A stretch of 64,000 nucleotides of DNA from Octopus vulgaris. Taxonomy: Eukaryota. The translations under genes were made by a program, and so were the position numbers. Positions 13,760 to 29,086 of this stretch are shown piece after piece (positions within the stretch are counted from its first letter, which is position 1; each line of letters starts with the position of its first letter). The notes below the pieces were generated by a model. The model searched no databases. It saw only the letters and a program-made list of their open reading frames with translations, and was not told the origin of the DNA. Location: the NCBI GenBank assembly GCA_951406725.2, contig OX597818.1, positions 145,390,001 to 145,454,000 of the forward strand. The letters run 5' to 3'.

Positions 13760-14030
13760 TCTACCACAGCAATATCTGGTCTCCGAGCTTGGATTAGGAA
13801 GTCACATTGGATTGTAAAATCCTACAGTATCTTATGGTCTTTGTTCTCAGTGATTCCTTCTGGTGATGTTCGTACTATTTCTGTCTTCCGTTCAGGCCGT
13901 ACTTTTCATGTAGCCTCCAATGGCGATCTTACCCACGTTATCGTGCCTCCTTTTGTAGTGCTTTTGGGCCAGCGTGCAACACTCACTCACAATATGTAAG
14001 ATTGTTTCGTTTCTTCTGCCACACATCGAT
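13760..14030 (-). mobile_element. R4/Dong-like LINE fragment (zinc knuckle and RHD motif)
   Basis: ETILHIVSECCTLAQKHYKRRHDNV. Confidence 0.75.
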
Positions 14031-16057
14031 TCCAAAAGGATGCCTTAAAATAATTTCTTTCACTTATATCCAATTCTATCATAGGCTCAAATTCTACATG
14101 AATTTGCTTTCTATATATCTGGTTTTGGTAGAATATGTACCAGTAATGTTACTGGTTGCGAATGAATAGACTACGTCCAAGCAACAATGTTTGCTGTTTT
14201 TCAAAAGTTAAAGATCATTACATGTTAAGGTTGTCGATGTCAGATTAGACAATAAAATGCTTCAATCTTTCCTTTCATTTGAGATAGAAACGTCTTGAAA
14301 TAACTTTTTAATTAGATTTCCGAATTTAAAAAAAATTAGCATTTTGTTTACATTTATCGTCTTAAACTTTATTCTGTACTTGAAATAGAATTCAAAGAGA
14401 TAACCGTTTAGGAATTTTGAAATTGTAATTTACATTTATCAGTTATGGTGGTGATAACATTGAGCAAGATTTTAACACCGCATACCCTCAATAACCGTTG
14501 TGTATGTATGCATTCCTGAAGCGAACGCATTAAAATAGACGATAACCTCTCAGTAAGCTACGTCTGCGACCCATTATTGATTTACATTTGTCGCTATTTT
14601 ATTTTACTAATACGCTTGGGAAAGTAATTTATCATGAATCTATTTTACCATTCCCTGAACATAATCACATACTTTATAGTATAGTTCTAGTCAGAGAAAG
14701 CCACAGGAAACAATTTTAGTGTATTTCTTCTGAGACATTATGGCAGCCTACGTCTGGGAATAAATATAATTTGTTTTCGTAATTTTACTGCAAATTTAAA
14801 ACTGAAACAATAACTTCAAAACCAAAAAACTCAGGCCCAACATAGAATCCTTTACCTAGTCACCGGACCCTCAAAAAATAGCATCACGCCCTCCTAAATC
14901 GTGAGGCACTATCTTAAATAGACGAAGGCATATGGGATGATATAGTCCGAGATCAGATTGCTTGAAAAGAAAAGTAGAAGACGACAGTGTTATGTTTGTA
15001 ACTACTTTGACTTTAACTGTACTTGATTAGAACTAGTTCTGGACTGAAAACTTACTGCCGCTACTAATATTGTTACTGCTGCTTTATCCCATTTCTTTCT
15101 CTCTCCCTCTCGATTTTTCTCTGAAGTTTTTCGTTATTCTCGTTAGAAAACCGTTGACTCTCACAAGTAAGCTTTCTGCCCTACACTACTAGTCTTGTTG
15201 GTTTTGTTTCTCTCCGGACCGAATGGCATTGCTTGTGACCTCTGTGCTCACGGCTTGTTCTGATGAACGATGATCCATGGTTTAATATCACCCAAAATGC
15301 CACTAATTGTTATTCTTGTATTTCCCTGGTCTTCGTATTATGTTATGAAGTAGGAAACTCGTGTATGTCGCACTGGAATTATTTGTCGCTGCGCATCAAT
15401 CTCAGCCTTGATTATTAGGCAGCAATACATGATTTTTCCCACATTCGAGCGACATCAGACTTTCCACACATCGATCAGTCCCTGTTTCGGTTACTCCTGA
15501 GAGTGCGAAACCCTTCCAGCACTTCACAAAGCAGACATTTACAATTTTTCTGTTTATTTATGGCAAATTTCTTAGGCAAAAATATAAACTTATTTTGTGA
15601 TATACTGCCAACGTTCTCTCTTTTTTTTTTTCGACTGACTAAAATGACCAGAAATTTTGAAGTCAAATTGCTGCCAAGTCCACTTGCATTTAATTTGATC
15701 TGTGTTATTTGTTTTTCTCTGCGAATATTTAAGACAATAACAACACCAAAATTTATCACAAGTTATTTTTTCTCCCCATGTGTCTGTTTATTTGGTGCTG
15801 TTTAGTTGGCCAGTGGGAGCACATTTACTAATGTTGCTAGAAGTGGACTATGATGTGCACTTCTTACTGCAGATCCAATCCTGGAAATGATTTGAAATAT
15901 GGCTACTCAAAAGAACATTTTAAAATGTTCAGCAGTTTTCTACACCCAAGCAGGAAAACAAATAGAAAAAAATCGAGATCGAAAACAGTCTTCTAATAGG
16001 AAAAAGCAATGTATATGACCAAACATGAAAACCAAGGGCAAAATAATATCAGTGCAT

Positions 16058-16105
<48 letters not shown>

Positions 16106-16107
16106 CG

Positions 16108-16185
<78 letters not shown>

Positions 16186-16488
16186 ATGGAGATGGTGGAG
16201 ATGGTGGTTCCTTATTTAGGCATAAGACCAGCAGTGTTAGGGTGTGAGAAGTAGTGGATTATACGGACCGCAGTACTTCGCTACTGCTTTATTTTATCGA
16301 ATCCTAAAGGATGCAATATAAAGTTTAGTCCAGCGGAGCTTGATCTTAGAACATAAAAGGCTGAAACAAATTTACTCATATGACATCTTCTCCAGCACTC
16401 TAACAATTCTGCCAGCTCGTAGCCCTTACAGTATCGCGATCATCACTAATTACCGCCACAACAACAACAGAATTTATCATCATCATCG

Positions 16489-17483
<995 letters not shown>

Positions 17484-17646
17484 TCCTCTTCTTTCAAATT
17501 TGAGCTTGTCAAACTCTTTCGCCGAGATATTATGATCACAGGGGATGGAAACTCATAGTATACATTGGTAGGCCATTAAACCAAACTCAGTAGTTCGTTC
17601 ATTTTTTTTTTAAGGTTAAATTAAAATACATGGGCAGTAACAGCTC

Positions 17647-18172
17647 TCACAGCGACAATGCTCTTCTCAATACGTGTGATGTACCAGTTAAGACAATCTT
17701 TTGCACTTCTTGCAGGGATGGTAAGCCAGGGATCATATAATTTTCGGTTCCCTTCTTGATCATTCCTAGTGCTCCTACGATCACTGGTATTGTAACCGCC
17801 TTGAGATGCCAAATTTTCTCAATTTCAATGAGCAGGTCTTTATATTTTCTGAGCTTGTCAAACTCTTTCGCCGAGATATTATGATCACAGGGGATGCTCA
17901 TGTCGATCAATAAGCAAACTTTATTGTTTTTGTCTTTCACAACAATATCTGGTTTATTGGCCTTGATGGTTCGGTCTGTATGTACTGGAAAGTCCCACAG
18001 AATGGTTACATTTTCTCCTTCAGTTACAGCCTCAGGGTGGTGATTATACCACTTGTCGGCAGTTTTGATATTGTAATGCCGACTTATTAGCCAGTGTAGA
18101 TATTGGCCAACTCTGTCATGTCTTAATTTATACTCCACTGGTGCTAAGACTTTACATCCAGAGATTAGGTGT
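17647..18172 (-). mobile_element. R4/Dong-clade LINE 3' end, restriction-like endonuclease domain, uninterrupted frame
   Basis: HLISGCKVLAPVEYKLRHDRVG...ILWDFPVHTDRTIKANKPDIVV...LIDMSIP...KLRKYKDL...PVIVGALG...VLRRALSL*; 5'-truncated at (TAA)n. Confidence 0.9.
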
Positions 18173-18173
18173 C

Positions 18174-18240
<67 letters not shown>

Positions 18241-18257
18241 CATTATTATTATCATCA

Positions 18258-18337
<80 letters not shown>

Positions 18338-18364
18338 CATCATCATCCTTATTATTATTATTAT

Positions 18365-18924
18365 TGATGAGAGAGCAGTTCATGCCTTTCATTATAACTG
18401 GGGTAAAATATTTCGAAGCCGCCTTAGTACCGGGCATCATGACTACCCTGAGTCCAAGAGGTAGCACCAGTGCACTTTTGTTTTGCTATGCATGCTAACC
18501 ATATGTATCGACCATGGTTTATTCTCATTTCAGATAAACAGCACATGACCTTGCAGGTGGGCTGTTCCCATCAAGGTTATCTTTTGTGGTTCATGGCTTG
18601 TTAATAATAATAATAATGATGTTGAAAGAACCACCCATGTTTCCAGAGGTGAACTATTCAAACCCCAAAGAATCCCTCTCAACACATGGCTATGATGCTC
18701 CCCCACTACTTCTGCTCGTGATCAGAGATGCACATATCGTCAGCCACTAAGGGACATGCTCAACTGGTTAAGGTCAAACAACTGACAAGCAAATCTGTGG
18801 TATTGAGCAGAATATTTGCTGTAGCCCATCTTTTATACCAAGACAAAACAATGTACATGATAACACTTCCAATCAGTTAAGATCAGAAGCCATGAGAGCC
18901 ACTGCCTGGTACTGCATCAGGGCA
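18365..18924 (-). mobile_element. Third copy of the (TAA)n-associated element, left half mosaic
   Basis: Matches 16521-17075, interleaved with sequence also found at 19180-19400. Confidence 0.75.
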
Positions 18925-18939
18925 TAGTTCTGCATCAGG

Positions 18940-19082
<143 letters not shown>

Positions 19083-19123
19083 CATCATCATCATCATCAT
19101 TATTATTATTATCATTATTATTA

Positions 19124-19178
<55 letters not shown>

Positions 19179-19394
19179 TATGGTTTCCTTTCATTATAAC
19201 TTTATTTCAGCCGCCTTAGTACCGGGCATCCCCCGGAGTCCAAGAGTAGCAAGTGCACTTTTGTTTTGCTATGCATGCTAAAATTATCACCACGTTTATT
19301 CCATTTCAGATGGAGATTGCTTCCCGTAGTATATGGGCTGTTCCCATCAAGGTTATCTTTTGTGGTTCATGGCTTGTTAATAATAATAATAATG

Positions 19395-19458
<64 letters not shown>

Positions 19459-19532
19459 GTAGTCTTCTGTAGTTACTTAATAATGGACAACGATACGTAT
19501 CGTTGAGCTAATCTTGTCTTTCCCTGACCACA

Positions 19533-19760
19533 TACATAACAAAAACACCAGGACTTACAAACACATATAACATACAGAAAATTGCACTACTAGGCACTGC
19601 ACACATCCTACGCAGAACACTTTCCATACAATAACCATCAGAGCATCACAACAAATCACAGCACATACCCAAGGCTCACAGAGCTGCGCTCGGTAGTGAA
19701 GTGAAAGCACGCTATAAAAATAAAACTACTGAATAATAATAATAATAATAATAATAATGA
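19533..19760 (+). mobile_element. R4/Dong-like LINE extreme 3' end, UTR and (AAT)n tail
   Basis: YITKTPGLTNTYNIQKIALLGTAHILRRTLSIQ*; same family as 52925-53120 (minus strand). Confidence 0.8.
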
Positions 19761-21188
19761 CGTTGATGACGATAATGACGATGACGATGGTGATAAAAAG
19801 CTATCCTGCAATCCTAATGTGTCCGACATCACTCAGTTTGTGAGATATAAAAAGAAACCCACAAAATAAATATTTTATATATTATATACGTCGGATAACT
19901 AAAAATGACTCATGCAAGTGAATCAAATAATCATTTTGTTACGGATAATAGTTTGTGTTTTCACGCTACGCCAGTGCAAAGGAAAATGTCACTATAACAA
20001 ATCCTCAACGAAGGCATATTTGTTACCCAGCCACTATGTGCTTTACTGCATGAGCTGGAGCTTGTTGCGAATAAATCTGTTGGAAATTACTTCGGAATGC
20101 AATATGTTATATCTATCCAGAGATTCTTGCAGTCTTACGTCGTCAGTTAACGAAAGTCATTGATGAGGATGTGTAACAAAGAAGAATTCGATCAAAAGTA
20201 GTCTTCTGTAGTTACTTAATAATGGACAACGATACTTATCGTTGAGCTAATCTTGTCTTTCCCTGACCACATAGTTACTTCCAGTCAAGAAAATCTCGCA
20301 GGTCTCTTCATGGTTGTGAGTAGTACGTGACCGAGTATCTTCTGGTGTGTTATAATTATGGTATTCCGTAGGTTACTCAACTCGGCCCTATTTAGAAAGG
20401 GCAGGAGGTGAGATAGTCTTTTCAAGATTTGATTGGGGAAGGACTGTAACAATATAAATGGCTCTGGGGAAATTTCCTGAGTGTATGTTCCAGTTTTGAT
20501 AATTCAGTACCGAAAGTACTTGGTCATAGATTAGGTCTCAGCATCAAACATTGAAAAGACGTGTCTTATTATAAACTAGCACTATGAGCCGACGTTGCCG
20601 GGTCATAGTGCTACTGCATGCATATACAGCTGCGTGCATGCGCACATACACGCGAGTACTGTCCAAATCTCTGACCAATCACATACAGCTAGCTGGCATT
20701 CAATTGGCATGTCAAGTTTCGGGCATTTTGTTTGGGTTTTGGATAGAAAATTCACAAAAATGTCACTTCTACTGATTTTGTAATGGCTTTGCGGGGTGAC
20801 TGGGGAAATGTAAAGATATGCACGACCACCCTTGGACGGTTTTGAATATCCATAGAAAGTGCGAGCCCTCTAACTGAAAAATTGTGGATTTGTATAAAGG
20901 ACACACACAAACATTTTGCCGTTATAGAGATAAAATAGCTCTTTGGGAAACGGCGCTTTTCATACCGCGCTGATAGCATAACTCTAACTTATAACGGACC
21001 ACCTACTGTGTTTTTGTTATATATCTCACTGTTTTTCTTTTGTAGGATCACCCTTTCAGCTGCAATGATCTTAAAAAGCGTAATTTTATACTGTTTCTCC
21101 GTCTGCGTATGTATGTACGTACGTACTTATGTATGTATGTATCTATTTATCTGTCTGTCTGCTGTCTGCCTGTCTGCTTGCCTGTTAG

Positions 21189-21269
<81 letters not shown>

Positions 21270-21988
21270 ATGTCTGTTTGTCTGTCTGTCTGTCTATCTG
21301 TCTATCTATCTTGCTAGCTAACTATCGAGTTAAACAGCTCTGTCTGCCTGCCTGTTTGTCTGTCTATGTATGTATGTATTCATGCATACATGGATGCATG
21401 TATGTATGTTTGTATGTATGTATGCATGTATGTATGTGTATGTATGTATCTATCTATCTATCTACTTCGGGAAGTGCATCTGTGTGTATCTGTGTTCGTA
21501 TTCGCGTGCGTGTATCTGATCATTGGTGCATGTGTATGTATAGATGAAATGAAGAGAACTGATATACGATAGAAGTTACGTATATTTAAGGTTGCTACGC
21601 TATAGCTTTAAAGTTACTTAAGACTAATTCTAACAAAGTTCAGAATGAAACTAAAAACTACGTTTTACCAGTATAATACATGTTTAGGAACCAGAAGAGA
21701 AAGCAGCCACATTGCTGTCGAACTACATTTGGGATTCAAAGTTATGCGATACAACTTTTCATATTAGATGGACATTTTTGAGCTTTGCAAAACCTTACAC
21801 CACCAAATAAAATATTTTGTCAGCTTTGTACTTCTGCATCATTCAAATTTCTATTCTCCAGATTCAAGTGTCGTCTCCTCTTTCAGACACAAAATATTTA
21901 GAATATTAAAAGATTTCAAGCCAAATATATTTCCAAGTAGATCATAATTTCCCTACCATGTACTCTATATATACATACGTACGCACAC

Positions 21989-22083
<95 letters not shown>

Positions 22084-22405
22084 TACGTCGGATTAAATGG
22101 TAATTATTTTTATAAGGGTTTTCTTTTTCTCAGATTGACAAAAAAAAAAAGAATTATGTGCTGTGGGAACCTCCAAGCCAAAGAACAGATCCAACCTTTC
22201 CTCTGCGTGTCGTAAAAGGCGACTAAGAAAGGTTTAGCTAGGATTTGCACTTCGATCTCGTAAAACCCTCGCTAGCAACGACGATCTTCATAGACTCATG
22301 GGTTGGTGTGTTGTCAGCTGAATGGGGCAAAGATGTCATCCGTCAGGAATAGAAAATCACCAACAAATGGCGGATGGAGCAACACATTTACAGCGATTGC
22401 TCTTA

Positions 22406-22458
<53 letters not shown>

Positions 22459-23424
22459 ACGTTTATTTTCAGAAACAGTAAAGGATCTTTTAGAAACTAG
22501 AAATATGCATTTTAGCAATGCTCTGTCTCCGAAACTACATGATAGTATAATATAAATTCGAATTATAAACTAATTTAGTGTCAAACTATTTACCATGTTT
22601 ATTCATTTATTTAATCTTCAGCTTATAGTTTCCCTTAATATACGAATTTTCTGAACCTCCTTTTAATTTCGTTCATTTGAATATAAAACGGTCTTCAACT
22701 ATTTCTGATACACTAACGAATGTAACATTTTTCAAGTTCACTTTACTCACTATTATTCATGATTATACCAGCTTATATTTTAATAACAGTCAAATGGACT
22801 ATTCCTTTTATTTGACTGTATATAATTCATTATCAGCTGCTTTACATTTGTATAGCAGATACATTAGTTTATTATGCATTACATTGTTTTTTCCAATAGC
22901 ATATATTACAATCACATATATCTTAAAATATTCTAATCGGTGCTCTTATGTAATGTAAAAGATTAGATTTGTGGAACTCTTTATATATTTACTTTATTTT
23001 GTTTTTACAATTAAGTCAAAAAGTTCATTGCACGAAAATTAAGTGACATATTCCTATCAAATTAATCAGTTTAAGTTGTCTTTAATTTGTAGTATTTAAT
23101 TGGCTTTTTCACCGAAAATATCTGATGGTATCCAATAATTTCACATCTTGAATGCAACTAATGCTACAACGTGTAATATATTTATTCATTTATTTAACCT
23201 CCGACCTATAACTTTTTCTTAACCTGACAATAAATTATATCAACTTTATTTTACTCACTCATCAACTATACCCAGTAAACTGACATATTTTACACATTAT
23301 TTGTTCACTTTCACACGTTAGACGTACAAATTACAAACATATATTTCTAATTTAGGATTGCTACGTAAGAGATAACGTTCGGTCAAATGGGGTGGCTTCA
23401 CATATTTACCTCTTTGTTGTGTAG

Positions 23425-23501
23425 TTCTTTTCCAAGAGGTCAAACCTGTTAAGGGTTTGATCACGCCGCGCCAGGTGTCACTGTACACCACCTTAGCTTT
23501 G
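23425..23501 (+). CDS. Candidate 77-nt internal exon of an unknown host gene
   Basis: ttacctctttgttgtgtag| acceptor and |gtaagt donor; only one open frame, LFQEVKPVKGLITPRQVSLYTTLAL; GC-richer than flanks. Confidence 0.35.
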
Positions 23502-25134
23502 GTAAGTTCCCTGTTTCATGTATGCCTCTGTTAATAACGTAGCATCAATGAAGTTAAATGGTTTTCGTCCTTATTTAAGGTTCGGATGTCTCCAAAATAT
23601 TACAGCAGCACGATAAGTTGACCGATTATATAAATCTAAGAATTTATTGCACGGTAACTAAGAGATACATTTCCAACAGATTTACAACTTAAGGTTATCT
23701 TTATTTTTAATGTTGGTCACATATGTGTGTGTATGTGTGTGTGTGTGTGTGCGCGCGCATAAACTTTTCTGTTTTCTCAAACCATTATTGAAAGTATCAA
23801 TCCGTAAGTGTTAGTTTTGTTTTCTGTCCTTTTACTGTTAGTCCAAACTAACTTATCTATTTTGCCAAAAAAATATGAATGAATATGCAGTACTAAAACA
23901 TTCCCCAATAGGGCGGTGGTATATAATAATGACTTAATTTGAAGTACTATCGTGAATGCTTATATATTTTCAACATAGTTTACGAAACCTAAAACACGTT
24001 TTTACCACTAAAATAGTTCATAGAAATTCAACTGTCTCACTTTTTTGCAAATTATTTCATGTAACTTTACCTATAAAATGGCAACTGTGAATATTTAAAA
24101 TTTCTATCTAATGGATCTATTTCATTATAAAAAATTATGCTAACAAACTTCACATTTTGTGATATACTGAATTTCAAGTCTAAACCAAATTAAAATATTT
24201 GATTAACATACGAATAATGAAGATATTTACCACCATCAGAACTTTCAGATGTTTATCTTCCTATCGAGATTTTAGTTCGTATTGTGCAATTGAAATCATG
24301 TTTTATTTTCTTAGAATTGGTTATTCATCTCTTTCGATAATGACTTAAGAGAGCAAATCAAAGATACTACAAATATATACTTCTCCATTTAATTAAAATA
24401 TCAACTCTTCATGTGCTTTTCATTTTGTATTCCTATTGGTAGATTTTCTTGTTTCAATATGTGAAATCGTGGGTTGAAACACGTATTGCTTTACTTTGGA
24501 TCATTTTGCCAATAAAAAACACACTCAATGGGTATAGTTCACTTATTTATAATTAACTAATTCATTAATTATTGGTTAGTGTTTAGTTTGTCAGGTTAGT
24601 TTTCGTCATTTAGCAACCAATATGGCACGTGACGAGAACTCAGAAATACTGTTAAGGAGTTAAATATTTAATCATTCTTTTTTGAGTGGATGTGGGGGAC
24701 CCTCTCTTCTCTCAGATTACAACAATACATCTAAATACGTTTCTCACAAGTAGCTACATTTCATTTCGGTAATATCACAATTTATTCTCAAAACTTTTTA
24801 TCACATGATCATGTATTTATGCAATTTCATAAGCTATAAAAAATTGCTTCTAAACCTATCATTGTTAATCCTATCCTATGCTTTAATCCACCTTTAATAC
24901 GCATTTTGAAACATCCTATTTTCTGTACTCGTGAATCGTATATTTTTAAATGTAACTTCAGATCTGCTTCATTCCTTCTGACCATTATTTCTATTACGAA
25001 ATACACCATTCTCATCAAATTCGTCTAGTCTTGGACTTTTGAATATTAATATCTTTTAATTTTTAAAAAAAAGTTTCATGAGATGAAACGGAAAATTAAA
25101 CTGTGACTTTTTAAAAAAATAATAAGATATTTCA

Positions 25135-25528
25135 GTAATTTTGTACTATTGTGATCCTTTCTAACAATTCGCGTAAGAGTCCAACGGTCCCTATCTGAAA
25201 GTTTTAGTTTTCTTCCGGAGTTTTGTTTCGACAAGAAGGTTTTTTCTTTCTTTCTCAAAGGCTGTCATTACTTTTGAAACAGTACTTCTTGATATACAAA
25301 AGATGTCAGCTGTTTTCGTTACGCTAGCGCCTGCCATACGAGCACCAACAATTTGACGTCTTTGAAAGTCCGATGGATCTGTAATTTTAATGAATTTTAA
25401 TTAACTTTTTCTGAGGATATCTGAAAAGAAACAGCAACTTTAGCAAAACATATTATGCAACATTAATTATATATATTTCAAAATTATGATGCTATGGTGC
25501 CAGGTGTTTCCATTATTTTGTCCAACCC

Positions 25529-25531
<3 letters not shown>
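25135..25531 (-). mobile_element. Tc1-like transposon 5' fragment with one TIR
   Basis: TIR caggggttggacaaaataatggaaacacc next to TA; KQNSGRKLKLSDRDRWTLTRIVRKDH. Confidence 0.8.
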
Positions 25532-25567
<36 letters not shown>

Positions 25568-25654
25568 TATTAGAGACAAAACCACTATTTTGCAAAACAA
25601 ACAAGGAAAGACTTAATCAATACATAAAATTTTAATAAATAGTCAAAAAAACCG

Positions 25655-25697
25655 CCACTACAATTGTTTCTTGTCTTGATCGACAATCTTCAGGTGG
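25655..25697 (-). ncRNA. Minimal type I hammerhead ribozyme (canonical core)
   Basis: ccac-CUGAAGA-uuguc gaucaa gacaa-GAAAC-aauu-GUA|gugg. Confidence 0.8.
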
Positions 25698-25757
25698 ACT
25701 TCCAATATATCAGTTTCAAATTATGACTTCATAATTTGAAACTGATATATTGGAAGT

Positions 25758-25801
25758 CCACCTGAAGATTGTCGATCAAGACAAGAAAACAATTGTAGTG
25801 G
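25758..25801 (+). ncRNA. Minimal type I hammerhead ribozyme, mirror copy with one extra A
   Basis: ccac-CUGAAGA-uuguc gaucaa gacaa-GAAAAC-aauu-GUA|gugg. Confidence 0.65.
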
Positions 25802-25976
25802 CGGTTTTTTTGACTATTTATTAAAATTTTATGTATTGATTAAGTCTTTCCTTGTTTGTTTTGCAAAATAGTGGTTTTGTCTCTAATAATATTTTATAAT
25901 ATTTTACTATAAAATTGGATTTAATCCTAAATCTGATTTTTTCCCTGTAAATTTGGATTTATTCCCTAATATTTAT

Positions 25977-26020
<44 letters not shown>

Positions 26021-27582
26021 GAAGAGAGAGAGAGAGAGAGAGAGAGAGGAGGGGGAGACAGAGAGTTGGTTAATGTCTCGACTTAACTCAACAGGCATAT
26101 GATATTTATTGATTTTTAGGTTTACTACAAAAGATATTTTACTCTTTACACTGATGTTTATATACCGTAATGATTGTTTAATTATTTTATGTAATATGAA
26201 TGGCCATGAGAGGCATAGTTTTAAGAAAGAACACTTCGGTATATCCAAAGAATTAGATGAAAAGGTGTTGTTAAATTTCTGGAGATTTCTTTAAATTTAG
26301 ATACTAGTAAGTAATGCACTTATAGAAAGCCTAACTAGTAATGGTAGCACATTAACAGCGACTCTTATAACTTTAGATTATTTAGTCAGTTGTATTAGCA
26401 GACATATAACTGGTCTCTCATCCAATGGTGTTTCTTTGAACAGTGCTGCACATTATTACAATGATGCATTAAAAAATAGTGGCTAAAATTTATTACATGA
26501 AAAGTAATTGCAACAATAAACGTAAAAACAGGAAAAGAAAGATATTATGATACAATCCACTTTATAGTGCTAACGTCCGCTCTAAATTTAGTATGAAATG
26601 TCTCCTATCCATAACTATAAATATAACATGAGAATACTATAACATTTTAAAATTCTTGTATTATTAACCTCACTGCAACAATAGCAAATGTCCTTGGAAA
26701 AACTCTTACGTTCTTAGTTCAAACACTTCTTTATATTCCAGTATTCTCACATCATCTCCACTTAATGAGGTGTTTCAAAAGCTTTAGTTTATCGTTCATA
26801 TTTTTCCGTTGATGACTACAAAGAGCTACATTGCCCTAACTGAACAGTCATCTGAAACATGTTATTTCAAGTACATTCATACTTTATGGACACATAGAGT
26901 TAATATGGTAATGCTTTATGTAACGACCATTAAAGTTCAAAAACATATTTGTCTTTTAAGATTGAATGTTTTGTCAACATATGCATTGTATAAATGTGTA
27001 TATACACAAGGAATACGGTTATGCAAAACTTTTCTTGGAGGAAAATCCAATAACAAGATCTTGACATTCTAAAGAGTAAACCGGGAATTGTAAATCTTTT
27101 ACCCTCAAGATCTTATCATACCGATCAAAACTATAAAATACAACAGGTTGCATTGTTTACTTCTTTTATGAAATTATGTTTTTGTCAATATAAAAATAAC
27201 CAAATTTTGAGTTTTTTTACCATATTCTTTTTATTTTTCGTTGTGTGCAAATCATTTTATATCAGTATTATTGTATGAAATCTTTAAAAAACTTTCCATA
27301 TTGTCTGTCCGTAGCGGAATTTTACCTTCCTATATTTGACGTCTTTCTATAATTTCCAGCAATTGAAGATTCGCATCTTTCTATAAAATATTGTGTATCA
27401 ATTCATAGCGTGTTTTGTCTTTTACAAGTGACCCACGATCTACCACGGTAAAGATTAAGTAAACAGGCTGTGAATCTTCTTCAAATTCATGTAAATAGTT
27501 TATACTCCGTTTTCCTTTTCTATTGGTTATTTTCTTTCTCTCCTCTGTATGTAAACACAAATATGTTCTTACTCACCTCTCT

Positions 27583-27625
<43 letters not shown>

Positions 27626-27738
27626 CGTGTGTGTGTGTGCGTGTGTGTGTGTGTATGTGTGTGTGTGTATGTGTGTGTGTGTGTGAGTGTGTGTGTGTGT
27701 GTACATATACGATTATAAATATATATATATGCATGCAC

Positions 27739-27789
<51 letters not shown>

Positions 27790-28677
27790 TATATACATAT
27801 ATAGTGTTATCCTAAGGTCTCACACTATAGTTGATTCCTTATTATATATTACACAGACCTGAAACGTACGTGTTAAATGATTTCAAGTTATTACTATCGT
27901 GTTTGGTTCGAATTCGTTAGGTTAGTTAAAATATGTTTGTGAATTATTTCAACCTCTAAATGCAAATTCACTGCGATTACCGTGGAGACAAGGTACTCTT
28001 TTAAGGTAAAAAGTGTAAAAATACTATATCTGACCACTGTTTTCCCCTGTCGGATTCCCATACGCAGCGTTTCTAGCTCTGTAGCTGCTATCAATGAAAA
28101 ACAATGAATGGAGGTAACTCTGGACAGATTTAAAGGCTAAAACGCTGTCAATGTTATAGAGTGAGTTGCGCTATTAGACTTCCATGTCGGGAAATATTCA
28201 GCAGTATCAGCGCCAAGCAATGTTTAGGCATAAGCGAACTTTTAGTTAAAATAAGCTTGTGATATATTTCAACTTCTAAAGACAAAAGTCACTGGAGTGT
28301 TAAGTCGTCGAAACGGTGTCGTGTTGCAAGTGTAGTTCTGCTTTTGGCGAAGTCTAGTGGAGGAAGTTCCACGGTGAAAGGTCAGGCCAAAAATGATCTG
28401 TTGTTCGGTGGAGTGGTTGGCAGGGTAAAAATTAATAGGCGACGGCAATATTTTTTTGCAGCGGACATCCCGTACGTGTTCAGAAAGTCAATCGGCTGGA
28501 CAACTACCAGATGTGTGTGTGTGTTTGCGTATATAAATATGTATGTTTAATGTATATGTATGTATGAGAACACATTCTCCGTGGAAAATAGCAATTTTGA
28601 CGTCTGTTTCTAGTTTACAGGCTGTCCACTTTTAGTGGTCAATCCTCAAATTTTGTATATATATATATATATATATA

Positions 28678-28800
28678 GGCACAGGGGTAGCTGTGAGGTA
28701 AGAAGCTTGCTTCTCAACCATATGGTTCTACTGTAGTCTCGGGTCGACTAAAGCATTGTAAGTGGATTTGGTAGACGGAAACTAAAAGAAGCCCGTCATG
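28678..28800 (+). mobile_element. SINE head fragment (family of 2560)
   Basis: ggcacaggggtagctgtgaggtaagaagcttgcttctcaaccatatggttc. Confidence 0.7.
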
Positions 28801-28982
28801 TATACATATATATGTGTGTGTGTGTGTGTGTATGCGTGTATGTGAGAGAGAGGGGAGTGGTGAAAAAGTGAGTATGTATGTATATACAAATATGTATATA
28901 TTTATGTAACTATATATACATATGTAATATATATCTGTAACTATGTAACTATGCATACACATACACACATATAAATATACAA

Positions 28983-29032
<50 letters not shown>

Positions 29033-29042
29033 TGATAGATAG

Positions 29043-29086
<44 letters not shown>

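Larger units (their letters stand above)
25560..25980. mobile_element. Near-perfect fold-back element (~168-bp arms, 2-nt loop, ~80-bp tail) in (TA)n
   Basis: 25560-25726 is the reverse complement of 25729-25897; tail homologous to 34075-34163. Confidence 0.9.

Noticed and set aside
27815-27872. aggtct/agacct stem followed by GAAAC-gtac-GTG next to a TA tract
   Set aside because: Resembles the 3' half of a hammerhead, but lacks CUGANGA and has G at the cleavage position; too decayed to call
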